A DNA stretch of 64,000 bases from an uncultured Microthrixaceae bacterium (GTDB taxonomy: Bacteria; Actinomycetota; Acidimicrobiia; Acidimicrobiales; Microtrichaceae): NCBI GenBank assembly GCA_963805905.1, contig CAWDVV010000001.1, positions 3,162,259 through 3,226,258 of the forward strand, in the 5' to 3' direction. Of this stretch, positions 29,210-39,911 are shown piece after piece (within the stretch, counting starts at the first letter, position 1; each line of letters starts with the position of its first letter). Below the pieces are notes generated by a model. It ran no database searches and was not told the DNA's origin. It saw only the letters and a list, made by a program, of their open reading frames with translations. Made by a program: the position numbers and the translations under genes.

Positions 29210-30106
29210 GTGCCGGAGCTACCCGAGATCCAAGCTCACGCCGAGCGTCTGACCCATGATTTCGGAGGCACCACGCTCGTCCGCTTCGAACCGCTGACGT
29301 TCACCGCCCTCAAGACCGCTGCACCCGATCCGGCCGGGGCGGTGGGACTGACGCTGGGTTCGGTTGGACGACGTGGGAAGTACCTGTTGTTGCGATTCAC
29401 AACGCAGGCCGGCGATCGCGGCGCAGAACCCGACGGTCTCACCTTCGTCATCCACCTGATGCAGGGCGGACGGCTGGTGCCCGACGAGAAGCTGTCCCGC
29501 AAGCCCCGAGGCGGTATCGCACGTTGGAGGCTCACTCGTGGAGGCGAGGACTCGGCGCTGCTTCTCACCGAGGCCGGCAAGGAGCGCAAGGCCGGGGTCT
29601 GGGTTTGCGGAGGGGATCCGTCTGCTGCCGCACCGGGGCACGAACCGGCACCGCTCGAAAGGTTGGGTCCCGACGCGGACACGGTGAGCTTCGATGACTT
29701 CTCAGCCGCGCTCGGAGCGAAGAACCAACGTGTACACGGTTTCCTGCGCGATCAGCACGGCATCGCAGGCATGGGGCGGATGCTGGCCAACGAGATCTGC
29801 CACCGAGCCAAGATGTCGCCATTCGCGATGACCGCCAAACTCACCGACGAACAACGCAGGAGCCTCTACGACGCGATGGGTTCGTGCATCGCCGATGCTC
29901 TTGCCTTCGAACGCACACTCGACGCCATGTCGCGTTCGGCGGACCGGCCCGGCGCGGTGCACCGACGCAAGGGTGCTACCTGCCCGGTCTGCGGTGACAC
30001 TGTTCGCGCCGTCGAGTACAACGCGTATGAGGTCGACTACTGCGCGACGTGCCAGACCGACGGCAGGGTGCTGGCGGACAACACCACGAGCAGGTTCCTC
30101 AAGTAG
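29210..30106 (+). CDS. Fpg/Nei-family DNA glycosylase / AP lyase
   Basis: N-terminal (M)PELPEI catalytic Pro. C-terminal zinc finger CPVCG...CATCQ. GTG start. Confidence 0.85.
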   Translation: MPELPEIQAHAERLTHDFGGTTLVRFEPLTFTALKTAAPDPAGAVGLTLGSVGRRGKYLLLRFTTQAGDRGAEPDGLTFVIHLMQGGRLVPDEKLSRKPRGGIARWRLTRGGEDSALLLTEAGKERKAGVWVCGGDPSAAAPGHEPAPLERLGPDADTVSFDDFSAALGAKNQRVHGFLRDQHGIAGMGRMLANEICHRAKMSPFAMTAKLTDEQRRSLYDAMGSCIADALAFERTLDAMSRSADRPGAVHRRKGATCPVCGDTVRAVEYNAYEVDYCATCQTDGRVLADNTTSRFLK

Positions 30107-30159
30107 GTACAGGCCCGACCCGGAACCCGGGGGCGTTCGGCGCTGCCGATCTGTGGGGT

Positions 30160-31149
30160 CTAGATCAAGCCGAGTTCGGCCACGGCGTCGCGCTCGGCGA
30201 TCAGCTCAGCTACCGAGGCATCAATGTTGGTCCGTGAGAAGTCGTCGATCTCGAGATCCGGAACGATCGTGTACTCGCCGCCCGAGCAGGTGCACGGGAA
30301 CGAGCTGATCAGGCCTTCGGGGACACCGTAGGAACCGTCGGAGGGAACCGCCATCGATACCCAGTCGCCCTCAGGGGTTCCGAGATGCCAGCTCGCTATG
30401 TGACCGATCGCTGCATTCGCGGCGGAAGCGGCGGAACTCGAACCACGAGCTTCGATGACCGCTGCACCACGCTTGGCCACGGTCGGGATGAACGTCTCCT
30501 CGATCCACGTTTCGTCACCCACGACCTCGACCGCGCTGCGCCCTGCAACCTCGCAGTGGAACAGGTCGGGATACTGGGTGGTCGAGTGGTTACCCCAGAT
30601 CGTCATCCTGGTGATGTCGGTCGTGGGCGCACCGACCTTGGTCGCCAACTGGGCTACCGCCCGGTTGTGATCGAGGCGGGTCATAGCGGTGAAGCGTCCG
30701 GCATCGAGGCCCGAAGCGTTGTTCATGGCGATCAGCGAGTTGGTGTTGGCAGGATTGCCGACCACGAGGATCTTCGCGTCCTTGGCGGCCGAGCGGCCCA
30801 GTGCCTCACCCTGGGGCTTGAAGATGCCCCCGTTTGCCGAGAGAAGATCGGATCGTTCCATCCCTGCCTTGCGGGGCATGGCCCCGACCAGCAGCGCCAC
30901 GTCGGCATCGCCGAAGGCCACATCGGCGTCGTCGGTCTGCACCACGTCGACCAGCAGCGGGAATGCACAATCCTCGAGTTCCATCGCAACGCCGCCGAGT
31001 GCGCCGAGTGCCGGCGTGATCTCCAACATCTGGAGGATCACCGGCTGATCCGGTCCCAACATGGCTCCACTGGCGATCCGGAACAACAGGGAGTACCCGA
31101 TCTGGCCTGCGGCGCCGGTGACTGCGATTCTCATGGGGGCATTGGACAC
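30160..31149 (-). CDS. mdh: malate dehydrogenase
   Basis: [25 protein letters not shown] fold, [15 protein letters not shown]. Start taken at GTG 31149 after GAGGAG. Confidence 0.9.
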   Translation of the reverse strand: MSNAPMRIAVTGAAGQIGYSLLFRIASGAMLGPDQPVILQMLEITPALGALGGVAMELEDCAFPLLVDVVQTDDADVAFGDADVALLVGAMPRKAGMERSDLLSANGGIFKPQGEALGRSAAKDAKILVVGNPANTNSLIAMNNASGLDAGRFTAMTRLDHNRAVAQLATKVGAPTTDITRMTIWGNHSTTQYPDLFHCEVAGRSAVEVVGDETWIEETFIPTVAKRGAAVIEARGSSSAASAANAAIGHIASWHLGTPEGDWVSMAVPSDGSYGVPEGLISSFPCTCSGGEYTIVPDLEIDDFSRTNIDASVAELIAERDAVAELGLI

Positions 31150-31255
31150 GGGGTTCTCCTCGGATGGTCGACTCTGTTGTGACCGACCGCTGATCGGCAC
31201 GGCCCACACAGCGAATCTACCGGCGCGGCACTCCCCCGCCGAAACCCCGACGGTG

Positions 31256-33061
31256 CTAGCGGCGGGTGTTGCCTATCCAGGAGCGGTACAACCCGCCGTA
31301 CACGCCACCTTCGGCCACCAACTCGTCGTGGGTGCCGTCCTGGACGATCTCACCGGCATCGAACACGATCACCCGGTCAGCGGCCTCCGCTGTGGACAGG
31401 CGGTGCGCGATGCTCACGGTTGTGCGCCCCTGCGCCAGAGTGGCGAGCGCGTGCCCGAGCTTGCGTTCGGTCTCAGGGTCTATCGATGAAGTCGCTTCGT
31501 CGAGTATCAACAGTCCCGGATCGGCCAGTTGGGCGCGGGCCAGGGCGACAAGTTGGCGTTCGCCGACCGAGAGGGCATCGCCGCGTTCGCCCACCGACGT
31601 GTTCAGCCCACCGGGAAGGTCGGTGACCCAGCGACCCAGTCCGAGCGATTCGAAGGCGGCGAGCACCTCCTCGTCGGTGGCACCGGGGCGACCGAAGCGC
31701 ACGTTCTCGATGAGGGTGGTGTCGAAGAGGAACCCGTCCTGGGGTACCAGACGTACCCCGGCGGCCCGTTGGATCCGATCCAGATCGCGCATGTCGACAC
31801 CGCCCACCCGCACTGTTCCAGCAGTGGGGTCAGCAAGTCGGCACAACAACTTGGCGAGCGTCGACTTGCCCGAGCCGGTCTCGCCGACGACCGCCGCGTT
31901 GATACCCGCGGGGAGTGTCAGCGATATGTCGTGCAGCACGGGGCGACCGGGTTCGTACTCGAAGGTCACATGGTCGAGGGCCACATCGAGTGCACCGGTC
32001 GGAAGGACCTCGGAGACCTCGGGATCGACCACATCGATTGGTTCGTCGAGTAGCTGGAGAACCTTGTGCCACCCGGCCAGCGCGGTCTGGGTCTGGTCCA
32101 GCACCTCGGAGATCTCGGCCACCGGCTGCACCACCAGGTTGGTGATGAAGATCGCAGCGATGAGCGTGCCCGCCTCCATGCCCCAACTCGGGCCCCACCA
32201 GACACCGACGCCGACGACCGCGGCCAGTGCGAAGCCGCTGAACAGGTCCGACAGGGGGAACATCACCGCAAAGTAGAATCGTGCCACCAACTGTGAGCGG
32301 TACTGCTCCTCGATCGACTCGTGAAGTTCCCGACGGGCCTGTCGCACCGCGCCGTAGGAGCGCAACACCTGCACCCCACCGATGGTCTCGGAGATGGCCG
32401 AGAGGGTATTGGCGACGGTGTTCCGATAGTCGTCGTACGCGTGCAACTGGCGGATCTGCACGATCCTCAGGATCGGCACGATCGGCACGAGCACGAGGAT
32501 CACCACAAGTGCCAGCTGCCACTGGTAGATGGCCAACGCACCGAGGGATACGAAGATCAGGGTGAGATCGATCACCCAGGAGATCGCACCGTGGGCGGCG
32601 AATCGGGCGAGCATCTCGATGTCCGAGGTGACCCTCGCAACGAGCACGCCCCGTTTGGTTTCGCCGTGGTGGGCGAGGCTGAGGTCATGCACATGGTTGA
32701 ATGCCCGCGTCCGCAGGCCGTATATGACCCATTCGGCGGTGGTCAACAACCGCAGCAGGGTCACCCGGTCGAGTACCGACAACAACAGGATCGCGACCAC
32801 CGATATGCCACATGCGGTCAGCACGAAGCCCCAGTCGGGGCCATCGGGGGTGAACCCCTTGTCGAGGATCTGCTGGATGGCAACGGGGACGACCAGGCGC
32901 CCCAGTGCCACGACCATCGCGAACAGCACCGACACCACGAACCCGCGACGCAGCTCCGGGCTGGCCTTCACCCCGGCGCGCAGCACCTGCATCGCGGTGG
33001 CATCGGGGTCCACGGCCTTGGCAACCGTGGGATCATCGATCTCGGGTTGGATGAGGCTCAT
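31256..33061 (-). CDS. ABC exporter, fused permease/ATPase (heterodimer partner B)
   Basis: Six-TM exporter domain plus NBD ([27 protein letters not shown]). ATG 33061 overlaps the upstream stop (ATGA). Confidence 0.9.
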   Translation of the reverse strand: MSLIQPEIDDPTVAKAVDPDATAMQVLRAGVKASPELRRGFVVSVLFAMVVALGRLVVPVAIQQILDKGFTPDGPDWGFVLTACGISVVAILLLSVLDRVTLLRLLTTAEWVIYGLRTRAFNHVHDLSLAHHGETKRGVLVARVTSDIEMLARFAAHGAISWVIDLTLIFVSLGALAIYQWQLALVVILVLVPIVPILRIVQIRQLHAYDDYRNTVANTLSAISETIGGVQVLRSYGAVRQARRELHESIEEQYRSQLVARFYFAVMFPLSDLFSGFALAAVVGVGVWWGPSWGMEAGTLIAAIFITNLVVQPVAEISEVLDQTQTALAGWHKVLQLLDEPIDVVDPEVSEVLPTGALDVALDHVTFEYEPGRPVLHDISLTLPAGINAAVVGETGSGKSTLAKLLCRLADPTAGTVRVGGVDMRDLDRIQRAAGVRLVPQDGFLFDTTLIENVRFGRPGATDEEVLAAFESLGLGRWVTDLPGGLNTSVGERGDALSVGERQLVALARAQLADPGLLILDEATSSIDPETERKLGHALATLAQGRTTVSIAHRLSTAEAADRVIVFDAGEIVQDGTHDELVAEGGVYGGLYRSWIGNTRR

Positions 33062-35214
33062 GGAGGACCCTCTCCGGCGTCGCCGACCCACGGGGTCGGA
33101 TCCTCGAATGAAAAGGATTCCCCGAGGGCCGCGGGAGCAGTCTCCGCAACCGATGGGCCCGCCTCGACGCCGACGAGGTCGCCCGGAGCGGGCTCTTCCT
33201 CTTCGTAGGCGGTGACGAGGGCCACGTATTCGGGGTCCGCCATCAACTCCTCGTGGGTACCCACCGCCCGCACGGTGCCACCGGAGAAGTGGATGATCCG
33301 GTCCGCAAGGGTGATGGTTGACAGGCGATGGGCGATGACGATCATCGTGATATCGCCCTCACGCAGCGACTCGAGGATCTGGGACTCGATCACGGGATCG
33401 ACCGCGGAGGTGGCATCATCAGCGATCACCACCCGCGGTCCACCCGCCAGCGCCCGTGCCAGTGCCACCCTCTGACGCTGGCCACCTGAGAGCGTGACCC
33501 CGCGTTCACCCACGACGGTGGCAGTTCCCCGAGGCAGTTCAGCGACGAAATCGGCCGCCATGGAGCGTTGGAGCGCCCGGTCTATATCTACGTCGCTGGC
33601 CTCACGTCCGAAGCGCACATTGTCGGCAATCGATCGTGCGAACAGGTAGCTCTCCTGGAACGCGACCGACACCGTCGATCGCAGTTCGGCCGGATCCAGT
33701 TGGTCGGTGGGCACACCTCCGAGGCGGATCGTGCCCCGCTCGGGTGAGTCCAGGTGGGCCAGCAGGCTGACGAGAGTCGACTTGCCGGCGCCGGTGGATC
33801 CCACGAGCGCCAGCACTTCGCCGGGGCGGGCGGTGAAGCTGACATCGCGCAGGATCTGCTGGTCCTCGAAGGAGAAGCTCACGGAGTCGACTTCGACCGA
33901 CAACGGGCCCTCCGGCAGCGGCGTGGCAACCACGGTCTCGTTCACCGTCGGTTCGTCATCGGCGACCGGCGCGCCCTGGGGCACCGACCCTGACCCTGCG
34001 CGCGACGTTCTGGCCGCAAGCGGGGCGTGAACATCATCGGTATCGGCGTACGCGGGATCGATCGGCTCGGAGAGGACCTCGTCAACGCGGGCGATCGACA
34101 CCACCGCACGCGGGAGCGACTCGAAAAGGAACCCGACGATGCGCATGGGGAATGCCAACCAGCCGAACAACGCAATCGCCTGAACGAGGTCGCCCACGCT
34201 CGTGGTGCTGTTCGAGTCGATACGAGCGGCTCCCACCAGCAACAACGCGATCATTCCCAGGTTCGGGAGCATCGTCACGAGCGGTTCGAAGATCGAGGTC
34301 ATGCGGGCGACACCGATGCGTTCCTCGGCGAGGGTGCGCGAAGCCACCTCGAAGCGGGCCCGTTCCTGTTCCTCACGAGCGAGGGTCTTGACCACCATCA
34401 CTCCGTCGAAGCTCTCGTGGCCGATCGCTGCAACACGACCGAGTTCCTGTTGGACCTTCGCAGAGGGCTCGTGGATCCGGGTGGTGTAGTAGCGGCTCAA
34501 CCAGGCGAGTGCCGGAAACAACAACAGGGCCACGAGAGCGAACCATGGATCGGCGAACCAGAGGCTCGCCAGTGACACGACCACCAACGACACCACCCCG
34601 AGCGAGAACGGCAGGGGCATCAACATCTGGGTTGCGGTGGTGATGTCGACATCGGAGGTCGCCAACAGCTGGCCGGTCGGTCGGTTGCGGTACGAGCCCA
34701 TCGGCATCTCTAGAAGTCGATCGGCCACAGCACCCCGCAGCGATCGTTGCATGCGGGCCTCGGTGACCGAACCGAACCAGCGGCGCACCACCACGGCACC
34801 GCCGCGCAGAGCGCCCACGAGCACGAGCGCACCCACCGCCCACCACACGGTGCCCCCATCTATACCCGTGCTGAACGCTGGTTGGATCACCTTGTCGGTC
34901 ACCCGGCCCAGCACGATGCTCGCGGCGACGATCATCAGCGACCAGCCGACTCCACCGACGATCGACATTGCGAACGGACCCGGGTGCATCTTCACGAAAC
35001 GGGCGATGAGCTTCGCCCCGAGCGAAATGGAGAGTGCGGCCTCGTCACCGGCAGCGATCGTGGTGGCGTCGTCGGCCACAGCGGGCGGATCCTGGTTGGA
35101 GGAGGGACGCCGGTCGGTGTCGCCACGACCGGGCCGAGCGCTGTCGGCATCGTCACGACCAGCGCCATCACGCTCAGCGCTGTTGTCGTTTCGGGCGGAC
35201 ACGTCGGGGTACAA
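33058..35214 (-). CDS. ABC exporter, fused permease/ATPase (heterodimer partner A) with charged N-terminal extension
   Basis: TM domain plus NBD (GSTGAGKST, LSGGQRQR, VVIADDATSAVD). Confidence 0.85.
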   Translation of the reverse strand: MYPDVSARNDNSAERDGAGRDDADSARPGRGDTDRRPSSNQDPPAVADDATTIAAGDEAALSISLGAKLIARFVKMHPGPFAMSIVGGVGWSLMIVAASIVLGRVTDKVIQPAFSTGIDGGTVWWAVGALVLVGALRGGAVVVRRWFGSVTEARMQRSLRGAVADRLLEMPMGSYRNRPTGQLLATSDVDITTATQMLMPLPFSLGVVSLVVVSLASLWFADPWFALVALLLFPALAWLSRYYTTRIHEPSAKVQQELGRVAAIGHESFDGVMVVKTLAREEQERARFEVASRTLAEERIGVARMTSIFEPLVTMLPNLGMIALLLVGAARIDSNSTTSVGDLVQAIALFGWLAFPMRIVGFLFESLPRAVVSIARVDEVLSEPIDPAYADTDDVHAPLAARTSRAGSGSVPQGAPVADDEPTVNETVVATPLPEGPLSVEVDSVSFSFEDQQILRDVSFTARPGEVLALVGSTGAGKSTLVSLLAHLDSPERGTIRLGGVPTDQLDPAELRSTVSVAFQESYLFARSIADNVRFGREASDVDIDRALQRSMAADFVAELPRGTATVVGERGVTLSGGQRQRVALARALAGGPRVVIADDATSAVDPVIESQILESLREGDITMIVIAHRLSTITLADRIIHFSGGTVRAVGTHEELMADPEYVALVTAYEEEEPAPGDLVGVEAGPSVAETAPAALGESFSFEDPTPWVGDAGEGPP

Positions 35215-35377
35215 CCTCTCAGGTGGTGGAAGATTCCAACCTACGCCCTAAGGGCCTCGGGCGGAGCCTCAGAAAACGAGATCGAGTCGACTCTCACCGG
35301 AGTGTCCGGTGTGAGTCGACTCGATCGGGATCAGCACCGTGAACCGCAGCCCGGAGGCCGCCGTCACGTCAGTTCTC

Positions 35378-36814
35378 TCAGCCCGGAAGCTGGATCGACT
35401 TGGTCTCGAGGAACTCCTCGAGACCCCAACGACCACGCTCACGCGTGTTGCCCGACTGCTTGTAGCCACCGAAGGGAGCGCTGGGGTTGAATGCCCCACC
35501 GTTCACATCGACCTGGCCGGTACGGATCCGGCGGGCCACTGCAACGGCGCGTTCCTGGTCGGACGACTGCACCGCTCCTGCCAGGCCGTACACGCTGTCG
35601 TTGGCGATCTTCACGGCATCGTCGTCATCGCTGTAGGTGATGATCGACAGCACCGGACCGAAGATCTCCTCCTGGGCGATGGTCATGTCCGAGGTGACGT
35701 CCGCGAACACCGTCGGCTTCACGTAGAAGCCCTTCGGGTGCTCGTCGGGCTGTTCCGGACCGCCAGTGAGAACCGTGGCGCCCTCGTCGATGCCCTTCTG
35801 GATGAACGAGCGGACCCGTTCCTGTTGGGCCTTCGAGGAGAGTGGGCCCAGGGAGTGGAAGAGATCCGGCTCGTCGGCCTTGGGGTCCACGAGACGGATC
35901 TGGCTCACCTCTGCCATCACGGCATCGATGTACTCGTCCTTGCGGCTCTCGGGTACCAACAGACGAGTCAGTGCAGAACAGGTCTGGCCCGAGTTGATCA
36001 TGCAACCGAACACCGACGAGAGTCCGATGCCGGCAGGGTCCGCGTCGTCGAGGATGATATTGGCCGACTTGCCGCCGAGTTCGAGGCCGACCCTCTTGGC
36101 TGTGGATGCCGCGGCCTTCTGGACCTCGGCGCCCGAGCGCCCGGAACCGGTGAAGCTCACCATGTCGACATCTGGATGCCCGGAGATCGCAGCGCCCACC
36201 TCGGGGCCCGTGCCGACGACCATGTTGAACACGCCTGCCGGGAGTCCGACCTCGTCGATCACCTCTGCGAGCAGGTAGGCGTTGAGGGGCGTGATCTCCG
36301 ACGGCTTGAGCACGACCGTGCACCCTGCTGCGAGAGCGGGGGTGATCTTGCACATGATGAGGTACAGCGGGTAGTTCCACGGGGTGATCGCCCCGACCAC
36401 ACCGATGGGCTCGCGCACGACCAGCGAGTTGCCGACCTGCTCTTCCCACTCGTAGCTCTCGACCAGGTTCGCGAACAGTTCCCATTCGCCCACGGCCATA
36501 CCGGCCTGCACCATCTGGGCGAACGCCTTGGGCGAGCCGACCTCCGATGAGATCAACTCGACGATGTCGTCGAAACGAGCCATGAGGGAAGCCCCGATGT
36601 CGCGCAGGTACTTGGCGCGGATGTCGGTGGGCGTGGTCGACCAGGATTCGAATGCCGCCTTCGCAGCGGCAACCGCCTTGTCGACATCAGCCGCAGTGCC
36701 TTCGGGAACTGTCCCGTAGACCTCTTCGGTCGCGGAATCGATCACGTCGATCGAGCCGCCTCCTGTGGAGGCGACCCATTCGCCGCCTATGTACTGCTTG
36801 TCGTAGTCCTTCAC
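35378..36814 (-). CDS. NAD(P)-dependent aldehyde dehydrogenase
   Basis: [14 protein letters not shown]..., [18 protein letters not shown] and GQTCSA catalytic contexts. GTG 36814 is preceded by AAGGGGGA. The upstream 69 codons of the ORF are rejected. Confidence 0.9.
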   Translation of the reverse strand: MKDYDKQYIGGEWVASTGGGSIDVIDSATEEVYGTVPEGTAADVDKAVAAAKAAFESWSTTPTDIRAKYLRDIGASLMARFDDIVELISSEVGSPKAFAQMVQAGMAVGEWELFANLVESYEWEEQVGNSLVVREPIGVVGAITPWNYPLYLIMCKITPALAAGCTVVLKPSEITPLNAYLLAEVIDEVGLPAGVFNMVVGTGPEVGAAISGHPDVDMVSFTGSGRSGAEVQKAAASTAKRVGLELGGKSANIILDDADPAGIGLSSVFGCMINSGQTCSALTRLLVPESRKDEYIDAVMAEVSQIRLVDPKADEPDLFHSLGPLSSKAQQERVRSFIQKGIDEGATVLTGGPEQPDEHPKGFYVKPTVFADVTSDMTIAQEEIFGPVLSIITYSDDDDAVKIANDSVYGLAGAVQSSDQERAVAVARRIRTGQVDVNGGAFNPSAPFGGYKQSGNTRERGRWGLEEFLETKSIQLPG

Positions 36815-37030
36815 TTTTCCCCCTTGTTGAGGTGTTGCTTTCTGAACTATTGCTTTTTGAGATCTTGACCGTCGAGGCTTTGGATGTCGAGGTCCTGGTT
36901 GTCGAGGTTTCCAGCGTCTGCCGGGACCCCGGACGGCGGGCAGTGGTGACGCGATCGTAGCTACGATCCGGCGTCCGTGCTCATCGGTCTGCTCATCGGT
37001 CTGCTCACCGGCTGTGCTCACTGACTGTTC

Positions 37031-38176
37031 TCACTGGCTCTGCCGGCTCGGGGCTCGGGGCTCGGGCCGGGGCTCGGGGCTCGGGGCTCGGGGCTCGGGG
37101 CTCGGGGCTCGTGGGCTCGTGGCTCGGGGCTCGTGGCTCGTGGTGTGACCCGACCCTCCCTGTCCCTCCCTGTTCTGTGTGGTGTGCGTGGCGCTGAGCG
37201 CCACGCACACCACACAGAACACCGTTACGCGCTGGCGCTGACGAGCGCGCCTGATTCCTTCACGCACGGTCGACACGACGCGGGCTGGGTCTGTCCAGAC
37301 CATCTCGTCGGTCACCTCCACCACTACGAACCCGTCCGAGGTGAGCCGACTGATCCGCTGAGCGTCTTCCGTGCGATCAGTCAACGAGGAGTGATGCAAC
37401 TCGCTCTGGACCTCGATCACCAACGGCGCACCGACCACGAGGAAGTCAACCCGTCCGCTCCAGTGGCCCTCGCCGCCGAGACTGACCTGTCGATTAACCC
37501 TGATCCCGGCGTCGCTGAGGATCCGCTGCGTTCGGGACTCGAGTCCGCTGTCGGGGGGTCTGTAGTCGGTCCCACGCTCCTTCAGGAATCTGCGAAGTCC
37601 CGCCGTCCCGTTGCGACCTCGCTCTCCCATGTCACCCAGGAGGCAGCCGATCGACTCACCCGACAGAAGGCGCTGTGACCACAGGGACTCGACGATCCGC
37701 TCAGCTCGTCCGTGGCTATGGACCGCGAACAACTGGAGCGCCACGAGTTCGGGCCGCACGACCGGGACGCCTGAGATGTCAGTCACCCACTGACCTTCTA
37801 TACAACGCACCCGGTGCACTCGTGCCAGAGGGCTCCGACGTTTCGTGCTACGAACGGTCACCACCTGAATCGGGTTCTCGAGGCGCGACCCACGATGTCC
37901 CCACCACGCAGCCGCGGACTCGTGCGACAGGTATGCAGCGGGACCGGCGTCGAGGACCGCCGCGCACACACGCTGGGCTGCGGACTCAGGCGAGCCGAGT
38001 CGTCGGAGCACCCGGGAGCTGATGAGATCCCACCCATGGTGTCGGCGCAGGCGCGCCACTTCCCAACGCTCCCAGCCGGTGCTCAGGAGTTGGTATCCGG
38101 CGACCAGGCCGTGCTGGCGAGCCGCCAATCGGTGGAGGTCGTCGGTGTTGGTTGGGTACGACGAGCCGTGGGTCAT
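37031..38176 (-). CDS. DUF559 (Vsr-like endonuclease fold) protein with N-terminal AbiEi-like HTH; C-terminal ~65 codons are read through palindrome copy 4 and the heptamer array
   Basis: Start is ATG 38176 (MTHGSSYPTNTDDLHRLAARQHGLVAGYQLL). DUF559-like core VDFLVVGAPLVIEVQSELHHSS...DAQRISRLTSDGFVVVEVTDEMV. There is no stop before the palindrome, so the ORF ends at 37031. The native C-terminus is probably near 37225. Confidence 0.65.
   Translation of the reverse strand: MTHGSSYPTNTDDLHRLAARQHGLVAGYQLLSTGWERWEVARLRRHHGWDLISSRVLRRLGSPESAAQRVCAAVLDAGPAAYLSHESAAAWWGHRGSRLENPIQVVTVRSTKRRSPLARVHRVRCIEGQWVTDISGVPVVRPELVALQLFAVHSHGRAERIVESLWSQRLLSGESIGCLLGDMGERGRNGTAGLRRFLKERGTDYRPPDSGLESRTQRILSDAGIRVNRQVSLGGEGHWSGRVDFLVVGAPLVIEVQSELHHSSLTDRTEDAQRISRLTSDGFVVVEVTDEMVWTDPARVVSTVREGIRRARQRQRVTVFCVVCVALSATHTTQNREGQGGSGHTTSHEPRATSPRAPSPEPRAPSPEPRPEPRAPSRQSQ
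37045..37143. repeat. heptanucleotide microsatellite (GGCTCGG)n, about 14 units, G-quadruplex-competent on the + strand
   Basis: GGGGCTCGGGGCTCGGG...GGGGCTCGGGGCTCGGGGCTCGGGGCTCGGGGCTCGTGGG..., read directly. Confidence 0.9.
37172..37220. repeat. 49-bp palindromic element, copy 4 (perfect; identical to copy 3)
   Basis: GTTCTGTGTGGTGTGCGTGGCGC-TGA-GCGCCACGCACACCACACAGAAC. Confidence 0.95.
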
Positions 38177-38255
38177 GATGGAACCCTGCTGCCCGGTGAC
38201 GTCGGGCGAAACGGGTCGCGTGGCCCGGTTCGACCTCCCTCGCCCACACCACCTC

Positions 38256-38304
38256 GTTCTGTGTGGCGTGCGTGGCGCTGAGCGCCACGCACGCCACACA
38301 GAAC
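38256..38304. repeat. 49-bp palindromic element, copy 5 (perfect; flanks extend pairing by 4 bp, CCTC/GAGG)
   Basis: GTTCTGTGTGGCGTGCGTGGCGC-TGA-GCGCCACGCACGCCACACAGAAC, between divergent starts 38176 and 38385. Confidence 0.95.
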
Positions 38305-38384
38305 GAGGGAAAGGGGCGCCGTGACAGGGGCGGGGCGAGGCATGGGTCTACGGCGGGAGTGGGCGGTACCTGTAGCGTTGGTCC

Positions 38385-39801
38385 ATGCGCCGCCTGGCCC
38401 GACTGTTGAGCTACGGGGGCAGTGCCGCAGCGGTGCTGATCCTCAGCGTCATCCACGCGCGTCTACATCGCTGAAATTCCCTACGACTTCATCAACTCCA
38501 GCCGTTTCACCTGGGCGATCGGCTACAGCATCCTGCTGGAGCTCACGTCCTACTCCGTCGGCATGCCCGACCAGCCACGCACGATGCGCCAGGCGTTCTA
38601 TCTCTCTTCGATAGCCGTGGGCGTTGCTGTTGTGGGTGTCTCGATCCCACAACTTGCGATCGGCGATGCGCTCCTTCCACGCTTCGTGGTCTTCGGCTCG
38701 GCGCTGGTGATAATCCCCTGGCAGGTGATGCTCAACGCCATGTCGCGGGGCCGCACCAGGCGGGCCCAGAACCGTGATCGTGTGCTGGTGATAGCCCATG
38801 CAGGCGAGGAACAACAGTTCCGCAACGACCTCGCTCTCAGCCCTGAGAAGGCGGCCCAGTTGGTCGCGTTCCTGACCCCGGAAGAAGTCGCGGGGGCCGG
38901 CGAATACCCGCTGGCCGAGGCCGTGGAGCGATCCGGAGCGACCCTGGTCGTCATGGACACCCATGCCCAGGCCAATGACCGCGTGATCACCCAGGCCGGC
39001 GCAGCTCCACGAGTCGGGGGTCCGACTGCGAACGCTTCAGGACTTCTACGAGGAATGGCTCGGCAAGTTGCCCGTCAGCGAACTGGAGCGCGGCATCGCT
39101 GTTCTTCGACATCGGAGAGGTGCACAGGGTCTACTACGGGCGCCTCAAACGCATGATGGACATGAGCATCGCGTATCCTCGCGATCATTCCGCTCGTCAT
39201 CGTCACGCCGTTCGTGTTGATCGGAAATGTGGTCGGCAACCGGGGTCCGCTCATGTACCGCCAACCCAGGGTCGGAAAGGGGGGCTCCGAGTTCATGATC
39301 TTCAAGTTCCGCACCATGACCGACCACTCCGGCGGGAAGAAGGCCCGACTGAATGCGTCATCAGAAGCGGCGGCCAGCGATACCGGAACACCTGGTGGAG
39401 CAGACGGGAACAGCGCACCGACCACGACGTGGACCCAACAGGACGATCCACGGGTCACCCCCTTCGGGAAGCTGCTGCGACACAGCCACCTCGACGAACT
39501 CCCCCAGGTGATCAACATCCTCAAGGGGGACCTCTCGATGGTGGGACCACGGCCCGAACAGCCCCACTACGTGATGGAACTTTCCGCCAAGTTGCCGTTC
39601 TATGACCTGCGGCACCTGGTGCGCCCCGGACTGACCGGCTGGGCACAGGTGAAGTACGGATACGCGGGCGACGAACGCGACGCCCTCGAGAAGCTCCAGT
39701 ACGAGTTCTTCTACCTCCGACACCAGAGCCTCAGCTTCGACAACCGCATCATCCTCCGCACGGTGCGGGCGATGATCGGCGGCCAGGGCAGCGGTCGCTG
39801 A
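38385..39801 (+). pseudogene. polyprenyl-phosphate glycosyl-1-phosphate transferase (WbaP/EpsB-like sugar transferase), about four frameshifts
   Basis: The C-terminal catalytic domain is intact in ORF 39214..39801 (PLMYRQPRVGKGGSEFMIFKFRTM...LDELPQVINILKGDLSMVGPRPE...GLTGWAQV). The N-terminal TM and linker parts are spread over three frames (MRRLARLLSYGGSAAAVLILSVI / VYIAEIPYDF...IIPWQVMLNAM / AQLHESGVRLRTLQDFYEEWLGKLPVSELER / SLFFDIGEVHRVYYGRLKRMMD). Junctions are near 38455, 38995, 39095 and 39172. Confidence 0.75.
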
Positions 39802-39911
39802 GGAGTGCCGCGCCCCCCTCGCTCGTGGCCTTCACCATTGCCGGTCACATTTGTCCGGCGCCCGGTCCCGCCTACACTTCTGGCCATGATCGGCGACCGG
39901 GAACGCACACA

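Noticed and set aside
36815-37021. N-terminal extension of the aldehyde dehydrogenase ORF ([18 protein letters not shown]...).
   Set aside because: Family-typical sequence begins at [13 protein letters not shown] with a strong RBS before GTG 36814. The extension is encoded by the tandem-repeat region.
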